Shown here: positions 29,948 to 38,834 of the stretch, in pieces
How the letters are laid out: the number at the start of each line of letters is the position of its first letter
Numbering within the stretch: position 1 is the stretch's first letter
Source of the DNA: Bacteroidota bacterium
Lineage (GTDB): Bacteria > Bacteroidota > Bacteroidia > Bacteroidales > FEN-979
Assembly (NCBI GenBank): GCA_026391775.1
Contig: JAPLDK010000075.1
Location: 89-64,088, forward strand
Direction: 5' to 3'
DNA length: 64,000 bases
Translations under genes and position numbers: made by a program
The notes under the pieces: model-generated
The model's database searches: none
Seen by the model: the letters and a program-made list of their open reading frames with translations, nothing else
What the model was told of the DNA's origin: nothing

Positions 29948-30565
29948 TCAGCGTGCCCTTGTCTCGGTTTTGATCATATTGCCGGATGCATTCCAGAAAT
30001 CAAGGATATCCATATTGACAAACAAGATGTTGACTCTCCCAATTTTTGCAGGCTCGGATTGCATAGCCGAATTGGCTATCTGAATGCCCGGACTGTTGAT
30101 CTTTCCCATGAATTTTGCCCAGAAAATAACGCAGGTAAATGCATACTTTGAGGGATCAAGGTCAACATTCTCACCAAGTGGAAGTAAATTCTTTCTCAGC
30201 TTTTCAAATGTGGTCAGGGAATCGATTCTGTATGCCTGGCTGATTTTAAGTTTCCCTGCAAAATCAGTTTCAATTCCGGAACAGAAAGTTGAATCCTGCG
30301 TGATAATCCTGTAACCCGCTGAATTATAAAACTGCGACCTCCCGGGCAGGTTTTTATTTTTAAACCAGTCGACCAGGGCTGCCGAATCCCTGAAAACACA
30401 AAGATATTCAGTATAGACCGGAGAATACCGGATTAAAGCCTCTCTAACCGACTCAATCGTTTCGACCTGAGGTTCTTTAACCGCATACTGTCTTATTATG
30501 GCCGATTTACAGGCAGCCAGCCCGATGATAAGTACAGCCGACAGGATATATAACTTTTTTTTCAT
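29948..30565 (-). CDS. hypothetical lipoprotein
   Basis: Start moved to the ATG at 30565 (MKKKLYILSAVLIIGLAAC, a lipobox). AFTCVIFWAKFMGK resembles a thioredoxin-fold strand but lacks CxxC, which is a weak inference. Its stop is 2 nt from the next gene's start. Confidence 0.45.
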   Translation of the reverse strand: MKKKLYILSAVLIIGLAACKSAIIRQYAVKEPQVETIESVREALIRYSPVYTEYLCVFRDSAALVDWFKNKNLPGRSQFYNSAGYRIITQDSTFCSGIETDFAGKLKISQAYRIDSLTTFEKLRKNLLPLGENVDLDPSKYAFTCVIFWAKFMGKINSPGIQIANSAMQSEPAKIGRVNILFVNMDILDFWNASGNMIKTETRAR

Positions 30566-30669
30566 CTCTTTTTGCTTTTGTAAGGGGATCCGGCGGAAAA
30601 AGCTGGGCTTTTTCCGCCGGATCCCCTCATGGTACAATTGGTAAACGATTCCTCTTATCAAAGACAGAA

Positions 30670-31161
30670 TTAAACCGGAAAAATAATGGTGTATGTATGA
30701 GTTGATGCATCAAATACGACCGGATATGAGCCGGATTTTATTGTAATCTGATTGGCGGCACCAAGTAACTTTGCTACTGGTTCTGAAAACGTATAGGGAT
30801 CTTCAAATGTGACTGATCCTTTCTTGAAATACGGAAGCGCGAATCCATTCTCATACTTCAGAAGGTCTTCTTCGGAAACCATCAGTTCAAGCTGTCCGGC
30901 ATTGATGATCCTTGCCTGGACCAGGCAAAGATTCGAACCTGATCCGGTGGCTTTATCCGTTCCAAGCTCAACATCAAAACAGATCCCGAATCCGGTTTTA
31001 CACTGGGTCTTGGGGCGATGGAATGTAATAATGAACTTTACCCAGACCGAGAACGAAGCTGAAGGGCAGGGATTGACATTTACTGTATTATTTTTTCCGG
31101 CCTGCACGGCGACGGATAACATAAAAATGCTCAAAATGCATATTGTAATAATCTTTTTCAT
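30670..31161 (-). CDS. hypothetical secreted Cys-motif protein
   Basis: Start moved to the ATG at 31161 (MKKIITICILSIFMLSVAVQA, a signal peptide). Contains HRPKTQCKTGFGICFDV (CxxGxGxC-type motif). I recall no assigned family. Confidence 0.45.
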   Translation of the reverse strand: MKKIITICILSIFMLSVAVQAGKNNTVNVNPCPSASFSVWVKFIITFHRPKTQCKTGFGICFDVELGTDKATGSGSNLCLVQARIINAGQLELMVSEEDLLKYENGFALPYFKKGSVTFEDPYTFSEPVAKLLGAANQITIKSGSYPVVFDASTHTYTIIFPV

Positions 31162-31406
31162 GGCTTTCAGGTTTTGTTTTTTCCGGCTCCTTATGCGGGG
31201 AGCGGTTCCGCCGGCCTTAATTAAATAGGAAAGGCCATCAACCCGTTTAGCTCCTTTGTCAACTTGAATCCACAAATCCCCCTTTCTTTTTATCTACTTA
31301 ATCCGGCTTGGGCCTGAAAGTGATATGCCATCAGAAAAAAATATTTAATTCAATAGGAATCATTATTTTAGAGTAAACGCTTGGAAATTATCTCAAAAAT
31401 ATTTAG

Positions 31407-31414
31407 TATCTTTG
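31407..31414 (+). promoter_or_regulatory. -7 promoter box TATCTTTG
   Basis: TAnnTTTG match 40 nt upstream of the ATG at 31454. Confidence 0.4.
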
Positions 31415-31453
31415 CAGCCGGTTTTGAATTTGGATAAATAATCAAAGGAAAAC

Positions 31454-32281
31454 ATGGAAAAAACAAAAGTTCTTTTTGTTACGCAGGAAATCACGCCATA
31501 CCTCAAAGACAGCCATATGGGAATGATCGGGCGTTATCTTCCTCAGGGTATCCAGGAGAAGGGAAGGGAGATCCGCACATTCATGCCCCGCTATGGCAAT
31601 ATCAACGAAAGACGCAACCAGCTTCACGAAGTCATACGTTTATCAGGGATGAACCTCATTATTGATGACACGGACCATCCGCTGATTATTAAGGTGGCCT
31701 CGATCCAGCAGGCCAGGATGCAGATCTATTTTATCGATAACGAGGATTACTTTCAGAGGAAGTATACCTTCCATGATAAGAATAACAAGTTCTTTCCCGA
31801 TAATGATGAAAGGGCAATCTTTTATTCAAGGGGTGTGATAGAAACTGTTAAAAAACTGGGATGGGGCCCCGATATCATCCACTGTCACGGATGGATGACG
31901 AGCCTTATTCCACTTTATATCAAAAAAGCGTATATCGATAATCCGCTTTTCACTGATGCTAAGATCATTATTTCGCTGTATGATGATGACTTCACAGACA
32001 GTATGAATAAGAATTTTGCCGAAAAAGTCAGACTGGACGGAATAAATGCCAAAGACCTTAAACACTATAAAACGGCAAACTTCGTTAATCTTATGAAGTC
32101 AGCGATAGATTTCTCGGATGGCATTATCATCGGTTCACCATCTGTTAACCCTGAAGTAATGGATTACCTGAAAAACATTGATAAACCTTTCCTCAAATTC
32201 CAGCCGATGGACAGGTATATTGACGCGTTTTCCGATTTCTATGACGAGATCCTTGTCGCTGAGCCTGTTTCAGTTGATTAA
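31454..32281 (+). CDS. short glycogen/starch-synthase-like protein (GT5 N-terminal domain only)
   Basis: KVLFVTQEITPYLKDSHMG...FMPRYG matches the N-terminal half of GlgA-type synthases. At 275 aa it lacks the C-terminal Rossmann half. Confidence 0.75.
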   Translation: MEKTKVLFVTQEITPYLKDSHMGMIGRYLPQGIQEKGREIRTFMPRYGNINERRNQLHEVIRLSGMNLIIDDTDHPLIIKVASIQQARMQIYFIDNEDYFQRKYTFHDKNNKFFPDNDERAIFYSRGVIETVKKLGWGPDIIHCHGWMTSLIPLYIKKAYIDNPLFTDAKIIISLYDDDFTDSMNKNFAEKVRLDGINAKDLKHYKTANFVNLMKSAIDFSDGIIIGSPSVNPEVMDYLKNIDKPFLKFQPMDRYIDAFSDFYDEILVAEPVSVD

Positions 32282-32301
32282 TCACAAGATCCCTTACAGC
32301 C

Positions 32302-33648
32302 TTGAACTCAAAACGTCGCTTTCTTCTATCTTCACTTGTAATTTCACTGCTGACCATTCTGGTTCTTTTTTCGTGTAAAAAAGATCCGTATGAGGTTGGA
32401 CTTGACCTCCTGCCACCCAGCGATACTCTCAAAATAAAGACGACCGACACCTGTACTGTAATTGCTTATACAGTGAGGGTTGATTCCATTACAACCAGCA
32501 ACTGCCCTGATCTTTCACTTGGCAGTATTGCCGACCCTGTTTTCGGCAATTCAACCATCGGCCTGTACACCCAGTTGCAGCCATCTTCAGCCTCTGTTGA
32601 TTTTGGTATCGCCCCTGCAGTGGATTCGCTGATCCTCATGCTGTATTATTCCGGCTATTATGGTGACACGACCACTCAGCAAAGAATCCGGGTTTATGAA
32701 GTAGCCGAAGACCTTCACATTGATTCCGGATATTATTCCAACAGGAAGATGCAGGTTTATCCCAACCTGCTCTCGGAACTCACCTTCAAACCCAGTCCGA
32801 AGGACAGCGTCAAGGTAGGAGGTACTATGTATTCGGCCCATATCAGGATCAACCTTAGCAAGTACACTAATTATTTTGCAAACAAATTACTCTATGGCCC
32901 GCCTTCGGTATATACTACAAATGCCATGTTCAATATGTTTATGAAAGGCCTTTATATTGAAACCCAGCCGGTGAACTATGGCGGTGCCCTGTTGAATTTC
33001 AATATCTCGGAAAGCCTTTCCAAAATGATACTTTTCTTTCATAACCAGACTACCGATTCGCTGACCTACGCTTTCCTGATGAACACAAGTTGTGCCAGGT
33101 TTCTCCATATAGATCATAATAATTATATAGATGCAGAACAGGATCTTAAACAGCAGATGGTAAACCGGGATACGCTGCTTGGCCGGAATATGCTTTACCT
33201 GCAGGGGCTTGGCGGGACAAGGATCAAGTTCCGTATGCCCTATATGATGAATTTTGGCAAAAACAGGAAGATCGCTATCAACGATGCCCTGCTGCTGTTT
33301 GAAAACCCTTCAACCGACACTACCCTGAAGCCACCTTCAAACATCATTCTGATCCGTGACAGTGCTGGATATGTAGGTTCAGTGATCGACGAACTCGAAG
33401 GTTCCAGCTATTTTGGCGGTATGTATAATAAGACAAACCGCACTTATTATTTCCGGCTTACCAGGCATATCCAGAAACTCATCGACGGGTATTATTATAA
33501 AAACCGTGAGCTGTATATTCAGGTAAATGACCCATTGAGAAGCACAATTTACCCGAACCGTGTCATGATCAACGGCTATAATCCGGCAATACCGGGCGCT
33601 TACTTATCAAGGTTCAGATTGCAGATTACCTATACCCTGCTGAATTGA
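32302..33648 (+). CDS. DUF4270-like lipoprotein
   Basis: Lipobox (LTILVLFSC). It occupies the conserved position between the glycogen-synthase-like gene and glmS. It has only a TTG start at 32302 and no in-frame ATG nearby. Confidence 0.55.
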   Translation: MNSKRRFLLSSLVISLLTILVLFSCKKDPYEVGLDLLPPSDTLKIKTTDTCTVIAYTVRVDSITTSNCPDLSLGSIADPVFGNSTIGLYTQLQPSSASVDFGIAPAVDSLILMLYYSGYYGDTTTQQRIRVYEVAEDLHIDSGYYSNRKMQVYPNLLSELTFKPSPKDSVKVGGTMYSAHIRINLSKYTNYFANKLLYGPPSVYTTNAMFNMFMKGLYIETQPVNYGGALLNFNISESLSKMILFFHNQTTDSLTYAFLMNTSCARFLHIDHNNYIDAEQDLKQQMVNRDTLLGRNMLYLQGLGGTRIKFRMPYMMNFGKNRKIAINDALLLFENPSTDTTLKPPSNIILIRDSAGYVGSVIDELEGSSYFGGMYNKTNRTYYFRLTRHIQKLIDGYYYKNRELYIQVNDPLRSTIYPNRVMINGYNPAIPGAYLSRFRLQITYTLLN

Positions 33649-33669
33649 TCGTATAAGATTCTTTTTTCT

Positions 33670-33677
33670 TATCTTTG
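33670..33677 (+). promoter_or_regulatory. -7 promoter box TATCTTTG
   Basis: TAnnTTTG match 20 nt upstream of the glmS ATG. Confidence 0.5.
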
Positions 33678-33696
33678 GAATTAAAATGGTTTTGTT

Positions 33697-35535
33697 ATGT
33701 GCGGAATTGTAGCATATGTCGGCCCCAGACTTGCTTATCCCATCCTTATCAAGGGCCTTCACCGGCTTGAATACCGTGGATACGACAGTGCCGGCATTTG
33801 CCTGTTGAACGGTGAATTGAAAGTATGGAAATGCAAGGGCAAGGTTTCGGAACTTGAAAAATATATTGAAGGCGAGAAGCTTGAAGGGACCATCGGTATG
33901 GCTCATACCCGTTGGGCCACGCATGGCGAGCCCAACCAGATCAATGCACATCCGCATTATTCCCAGAGCAAACATCTCTCTATAATACATAATGGCATCA
34001 TTGAGAATTACCTTGTTCTTCGCAAGGAATTACAGCAGAGAGGTTTTACGTTTACCAGCGATACCGATACCGAAGTCCTGATTCACCTTATAGAAGATAT
34101 TCAGCAGAATGAAAATGTAGCCGTTGAAGAAGCTGTGCGTATAGCCCTTACCCAGGTTATAGGCGCTTATGCCATTGTTGTCCTTTCCCAGGATAATCCC
34201 GACAAGATAATTGCAGCACGCAAGGGCAGCCCGATGGTAATAGGTATTGGAGAGGATGAATTTTTTGTTGCGTCTGACGCCACTCCCATCATTGAATACA
34301 CCAATAATGTGGTCTTCATGAACGATGAGGAAATTGCAATCATCGAACGTCATCAGGAATTGAAAATGAGGACCGTCCGTAACCAGGAAAGAACCCCCTA
34401 TATACAGAAACTGGAGATGAGCCTTACAGCCATCGAGAAAGGCGGGTTCCCCCATTTCATGCTTAAGGAGATATTTGAACAGCCCCGTTCCATCCTTGAT
34501 TCCATGCGCGGCCGTTTACATCTTGACCAGGATACCGTGACCCTTGGAGGTATACGTGATTACCTTCCGAAGATACTGAATGCCGAGCGCATTATCATTA
34601 CTGCTTGCGGCACATCCTGGCATGCAGGCCTGGTAGGCGAATATATTATTGAAGACCTTGCGCGGATACCGGTTGAAGTTGAATATTCCTCCGAATTCCG
34701 TTACCGCAACCCGGTGATCAGCGAAAAAGATGTTATCATCGCAATTTCACAATCTGGTGAAACTGCCGACACCCTTGCTGCTATTGAACTTGCGAAATCG
34801 AAAGGCGCCACTGTACTTGGAATTTGCAACGTAGTCGGTTCTTCCATTGCCCGCGCAACCCATGCCGGGGTTTACACCCATGCCGGCCCTGAGATCGGTG
34901 TCGCATCTACCAAAGCATTCACTGCCCAGGTAGTTGTTCTGACCCTTATGGGACTTCTGCTTGCCGAAAAAAAAGGCACTCTCCCCGAATCCTATCTGCA
35001 CAAGCTCAGGCTTGAACTTGGGATAATCCCTTCTAAAGTGGAAAAGATCCTGCAACGGGCCGACAAGATAAAGGACATTGCAACAATCTATAAGGACAGT
35101 ACCAATGCCCTTTACCTTGGCCGTGGCTATAACTTCCCTGTTGCACTTGAAGGCGCACTGAAGCTGAAGGAGATTTCATATATCCATGCTGAAGGATATC
35201 CTGCTGCCGAAATGAAACATGGCCCCATTGCCTTGATCGATAAGAATATGCCGGTGGTATTCATCGCCCCCAAGCGCGGGATCTATGAGAAGGTTATCAC
35301 GAATATAGAGGAAGTAAGGGCACGAAAAGGAAACATCATCGCCATCATTACCGAAGGTGATGAGAGTGTGAGAAAACTGGCCGACCATTGCATTGAGATC
35401 CCCGATACGGAGGAAATGCTGATACCCCTGCTGGCTACTATTCCGCTGCAGCTCCTATCGTATTATGTTGCCGTAATGCGTGGCTGTAATGTGGACCAAC
35501 CAAGGAATCTCGCGAAATCAGTTACAGTCGAGTAG
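33697..35535 (+). CDS. glmS: glutamine--fructose-6-phosphate aminotransferase
   Basis: MCGIVAY N-terminal nucleophile, two SIS domains, C-terminal ..NLAKSVTVE, 612 aa. Confidence 0.97.
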   Translation: MCGIVAYVGPRLAYPILIKGLHRLEYRGYDSAGICLLNGELKVWKCKGKVSELEKYIEGEKLEGTIGMAHTRWATHGEPNQINAHPHYSQSKHLSIIHNGIIENYLVLRKELQQRGFTFTSDTDTEVLIHLIEDIQQNENVAVEEAVRIALTQVIGAYAIVVLSQDNPDKIIAARKGSPMVIGIGEDEFFVASDATPIIEYTNNVVFMNDEEIAIIERHQELKMRTVRNQERTPYIQKLEMSLTAIEKGGFPHFMLKEIFEQPRSILDSMRGRLHLDQDTVTLGGIRDYLPKILNAERIIITACGTSWHAGLVGEYIIEDLARIPVEVEYSSEFRYRNPVISEKDVIIAISQSGETADTLAAIELAKSKGATVLGICNVVGSSIARATHAGVYTHAGPEIGVASTKAFTAQVVVLTLMGLLLAEKKGTLPESYLHKLRLELGIIPSKVEKILQRADKIKDIATIYKDSTNALYLGRGYNFPVALEGALKLKEISYIHAEGYPAAEMKHGPIALIDKNMPVVFIAPKRGIYEKVITNIEEVRARKGNIIAIITEGDESVRKLADHCIEIPDTEEMLIPLLATIPLQLLSYYVAVMRGCNVDQPRNLAKSVTVE

Positions 35536-36097
35536 CAACCGCATCCCAGTCCACCAGTTTCCAGAAATCTGCAATATAATCTGGGCGTGCATTACGCTTG
35601 TCAATATAATAAGCATGTTCCCATACATCACAGGTCAGGATCGGGCTTGCTCCGCCCTTCAGGGGATTGCCGGCATTGCTTTCCTGGACTATCTCCAATG
35701 CGCCGTTCTCCTTTTTAACCAGCCAGGCCCAGCCTGAACCGAAAAGAGTCGCTGCCGCGTTTGAGAATTTCTCCTTGAAATCGCCGAAAGAACCGAAGTT
35801 CCTGCTGATGGTCTCTGCCAGCATACCGGTAGGTTCGCCGCCTCCCTGGGGCTTCAGGCAATTCCAGTAAAACGTGTGGTTCCATACCTGGGCTCCGTTG
35901 TTGAAAATACCAGCAGAGGCCTTGCGGATAATGTCTTCCAAAGAAGCGTTTTCAAATTCAGTGCCGGGGACCAGCTTGTTCAGGTTGTTTACATAAGCCT
36001 GATGATGCTTCCCATAATGATATTCAATGGTTGCCTTTGAAATATAGGGTTCCAATGCATCCCATGCATATGGAAGTTTAGGAAGTTCGTGTACCAT
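35522..36097 (-). CDS. sodB: Fe-type superoxide dismutase
   Basis: LPKLPYAWDALEPY.. HHQAYVNN.. AQVWNHTFYW.. FGSGWAWL.. DVWEHAYY. Start moved to the ATG at 36097. Its 3' end overlaps glmS by 14 nt on the opposite strand. Confidence 0.93.
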   Translation of the reverse strand: MVHELPKLPYAWDALEPYISKATIEYHYGKHHQAYVNNLNKLVPGTEFENASLEDIIRKASAGIFNNGAQVWNHTFYWNCLKPQGGGEPTGMLAETISRNFGSFGDFKEKFSNAAATLFGSGWAWLVKKENGALEIVQESNAGNPLKGGASPILTCDVWEHAYYIDKRNARPDYIADFWKLVDWDAVATRL

Positions 36098-36154
36098 AAT
36101 TATTTTTTTAAGTTTTCTGTTGCAAAGATACAAAGCTTCAGGTCAAAAATGAAA

Positions 36155-37762
36155 TTATTTAGAATGATTCTTGATGACTTCCTCTGCTTTTATAAAAGCA
36201 GGGTCGATTGTATTCAGTATCGGATAAAATCCTTCATTGTCGAGAATATTCCTGCCAATATATGCTTTTATAAGCACCCTGGCCTTGTGGTCGCTCTCCT
36301 TGAGGTTTTTCCCTTCATATTTCAATCCTTTCTTTAAAGCATATGCCAGGAAATCGGCATATATGGCATCGCTGATCCTGAATCCTGCCTCGAAATCATC
36401 AACATTTTTATAGCGGTTCAACCGGGGCCTGAATTTGTCGGTATAATCGAAGGCCCATTGATAGATCAATCCCTTGTTAACCGCAAGGTTATAGAATTTA
36501 AGGGTTGAATCCTTTTCAATAGGAATAAAGATATCCGGCATGATCCCGCCACCTCCGTAAACAACCTTTCCGGAAAGGGTTTTGAACTTAAGCGAATCCG
36601 GAAATTTGATGCTGTCGGCATGTTCCAGTTCGCCATTCAGGAACCGGTGGTAATAATCGCTGTTGTACTTATCCAGTCCTTCTTTATAAGGTTTCTGGAT
36701 ACAGCGCCCGCTGGGAGTATAATAACGCGCTACGGTCAGCCTCACAGCGCTGCCGTCTTTCATATTGAGCTGTTCCTGTACAAGTCCTTTCCCGAAAGAA
36801 CGTCTTCCCAGGACGATCCCCCTGTCATTATCCTGAATAGCTCCGGTAACGATCTCTGCAGCAGAAGCCGAAAACTCATCTATCATGACCAGAAGCGTGC
36901 CTTGTTCAAACAAACCCTGCCCGTCAGAAAAATATTCTTCTTTTGCATGATTTGCCCCCTTGGTATAAACAATAAGCCGTCCTTTCTGGAGAAACTCATC
37001 TGCAATGTCAACAGCAGCAGTAAGGTAACCACCCCCGTTCCCCCGGAGGTCGAGTATAAGTTTTTTCATTCCGCTCTGCTTCAACTGTTCCAGGGCTGTA
37101 TGCACTTCATCATGTGTGGTTGCCGAAAAATTATTGAGCTTGATATAACCTATCCCGGGCTCAGCAATATAGGCGATATCCATGCTGTATGTCGGGATTA
37201 CATCCCGGGTTATGGTATAATCGATGAGGTCTTTCACCCCCCTGCGGAAAATGCTTACGGTGACCTGTGTGCCCTTTGGCCCCTTGAGCTTACGCATAAC
37301 ATCGGTATTCGATATTTTAATACCGGCCACATTTTTCCCTTCAATCTTTACGATACGGTCTCCGGCTTTAATCCCCAGTTTTTCCGATGGTCCGTTGGCG
37401 ACCGGGAGGATCACTGTCACCGTATCACTTTCTAACCTGAATTGTACCCCTATCCCTTCAAAACTTCCCAGGAGCGGATCGGTAGCATCATGAAATTCGG
37501 CAGGAGTGATATATGTTGAATGGGGATCAAGGCTTTCCAGCAGACCGGTGATTGCCTTCTCTTCGAGCCTGGCCTTCCCAATCGTATCCACATAATTTTT
37601 CTGAACATATTGCAAAACCTGGTTTAACTTGCCCGAACCCTGAACTTTAAACAGGCTGAGACCAGGTGTATGGCTGTACAACCATATACCCAGGAACATC
37701 CCCGCGATCATCACCAGGGCAAACCAGACCGGCATATAAGGATTGATTTTCTTCTTTTCCAT
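36155..37762 (-). CDS. S41-family C-terminal processing peptidase
   Basis: N-terminal TM segment, PDZ domain (GIKAGDRIVKIEG), catalytic Ser region (DEFSASAAEI) and GRRSFGKG motif. Confidence 0.9.
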   Translation of the reverse strand: MEKKKINPYMPVWFALVMIAGMFLGIWLYSHTPGLSLFKVQGSGKLNQVLQYVQKNYVDTIGKARLEEKAITGLLESLDPHSTYITPAEFHDATDPLLGSFEGIGVQFRLESDTVTVILPVANGPSEKLGIKAGDRIVKIEGKNVAGIKISNTDVMRKLKGPKGTQVTVSIFRRGVKDLIDYTITRDVIPTYSMDIAYIAEPGIGYIKLNNFSATTHDEVHTALEQLKQSGMKKLILDLRGNGGGYLTAAVDIADEFLQKGRLIVYTKGANHAKEEYFSDGQGLFEQGTLLVMIDEFSASAAEIVTGAIQDNDRGIVLGRRSFGKGLVQEQLNMKDGSAVRLTVARYYTPSGRCIQKPYKEGLDKYNSDYYHRFLNGELEHADSIKFPDSLKFKTLSGKVVYGGGGIMPDIFIPIEKDSTLKFYNLAVNKGLIYQWAFDYTDKFRPRLNRYKNVDDFEAGFRISDAIYADFLAYALKKGLKYEGKNLKESDHKARVLIKAYIGRNILDNEGFYPILNTIDPAFIKAEEVIKNHSK

Positions 37763-37796
37763 GATTAAAATATTGCTGTCAAAGATACCGAATTCC

Positions 37797-37804
37797 TAAA
37801 TTTG
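37797..37804 (+). promoter_or_regulatory. -7 promoter box TAAATTTG
   Basis: TAnnTTTG match 20 nt upstream of the ATG at 37824. Confidence 0.45.
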
Positions 37805-37823
37805 CAGGATCAATAACAAAGCT

Positions 37824-38807
37824 ATGAGTACTAGAATACGGATATTCCTCGTGATTATTGCAGTTCTTCCGGCAATTTACAATCCCCTGTATGCTTCACC
37901 AATACCCAGGAGTGCAACAATGCCTTTCAAAAACAGCCACTTCATCACCATAGATTCGGCATTGATACATTACCGCATCTGGGGTACAAAAGTAAGCCCG
38001 GCAAAAGGGAAAGTAGTATTTATCCATGGTTTCATGGGATCAACCTACTGTTTCAGGAAGAATTACGACAGCCTTGTGAACGCTGGGTATAATATCATCG
38101 CCCTTGATCTGCCCGCCTTTGGATACAGTGACAGGGGAACCTGGATCAATCATTCTCAAAGCAGCAGGGCGATCATGGTTTGGAAGCTGCTTGACCTTAT
38201 CGACATGGGTGATACAATGAAGTGGAATATCGTCGGGCATTCCATGGGCGGTGGTGCTGCCGAGGCTGTGGCTCTCAAGCGGCCGGGACGCACGAAAAGC
38301 CTTACGCTGATTGATGCTATGTTCTTTGTAAAAAACAGCGGAGTCATAAGTACTGCCCTTTCCCCGTCAAAAATCAAGCAATTAAAAAAGGTTTATGTGG
38401 ATTACATTCAGGATTATATGCTGACGTTTAACCGTATGAATAAATTGCTGAAAAGCGGCTACAAACAAAAACCCGATACAGCTGATGTCACCGGCTATAT
38501 GATGCCTCTCCGGATACCCGGAACCGCCGAAGCCATCGTCAGCTCATTCTCAAACTGCAAGGAAGTCGTTTCATTAAATGTCGACAGCCTGAAAAAGATA
38601 CCTGTTCTGGTGGTCTGGGGCACGAAGGACAGCTGGATCCCGCTCAATTCAACAAAGCTGATCAAAACCTATGTACCCCAGATGGAATTATATAAGGTAA
38701 AAGGGGCCGGGCATATGCCAATGGAAACACATCCGAAGGAGTTTAACGGGATACTGGTGGATTTCCTTAATCGGAATAATCAGCAATCAGAAAAATTAGC
38801 GAAGTAG
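37824..38807 (+). CDS. alpha/beta-fold hydrolase (secreted)
   Basis: Signal peptide, nucleophile elbow GHSMGG, and C-terminal His region (GAGHMPMETHP). Confidence 0.8.
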   Translation: MSTRIRIFLVIIAVLPAIYNPLYASPIPRSATMPFKNSHFITIDSALIHYRIWGTKVSPAKGKVVFIHGFMGSTYCFRKNYDSLVNAGYNIIALDLPAFGYSDRGTWINHSQSSRAIMVWKLLDLIDMGDTMKWNIVGHSMGGGAAEAVALKRPGRTKSLTLIDAMFFVKNSGVISTALSPSKIKQLKKVYVDYIQDYMLTFNRMNKLLKSGYKQKPDTADVTGYMMPLRIPGTAEAIVSSFSNCKEVVSLNVDSLKKIPVLVVWGTKDSWIPLNSTKLIKTYVPQMELYKVKGAGHMPMETHPKEFNGILVDFLNRNNQQSEKLAK

Positions 38808-38829
38808 CGAGGTAGCGAAATTTTCGCTA
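38802..38829 (+). repeat. left inverted repeat AAGTAGCGAGGTAGCGAAAT plus 17-nt palindrome TAGCGAAA-T-TTTCGCTA
   Basis: TAGCGA is repeated at an 8-nt period x3 (TAGCGAAG/TAGCGAGG/TAGCGAAA). TAG at 38805-38807 is the hydrolase stop codon. The palindrome spans 38813-38829. The inverted partner lies at 39978-40004. Confidence 0.7.
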
Positions 38830-38834
38830 TTTAA

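Noticed and set aside
33649-33696. glmS ribozyme or other riboswitch upstream of glmS
   Set aside because: The gap is only 48 nt and is occupied by a promoter box, so it is too short for the ribozyme. That element is known mainly from Gram-positive bacteria.
36620-37435. 271-aa ORF antisense to the S41 peptidase gene
   Set aside because: It lies fully inside a well-supported gene on the other strand, has low-complexity composition, and shows no recognisable motifs.
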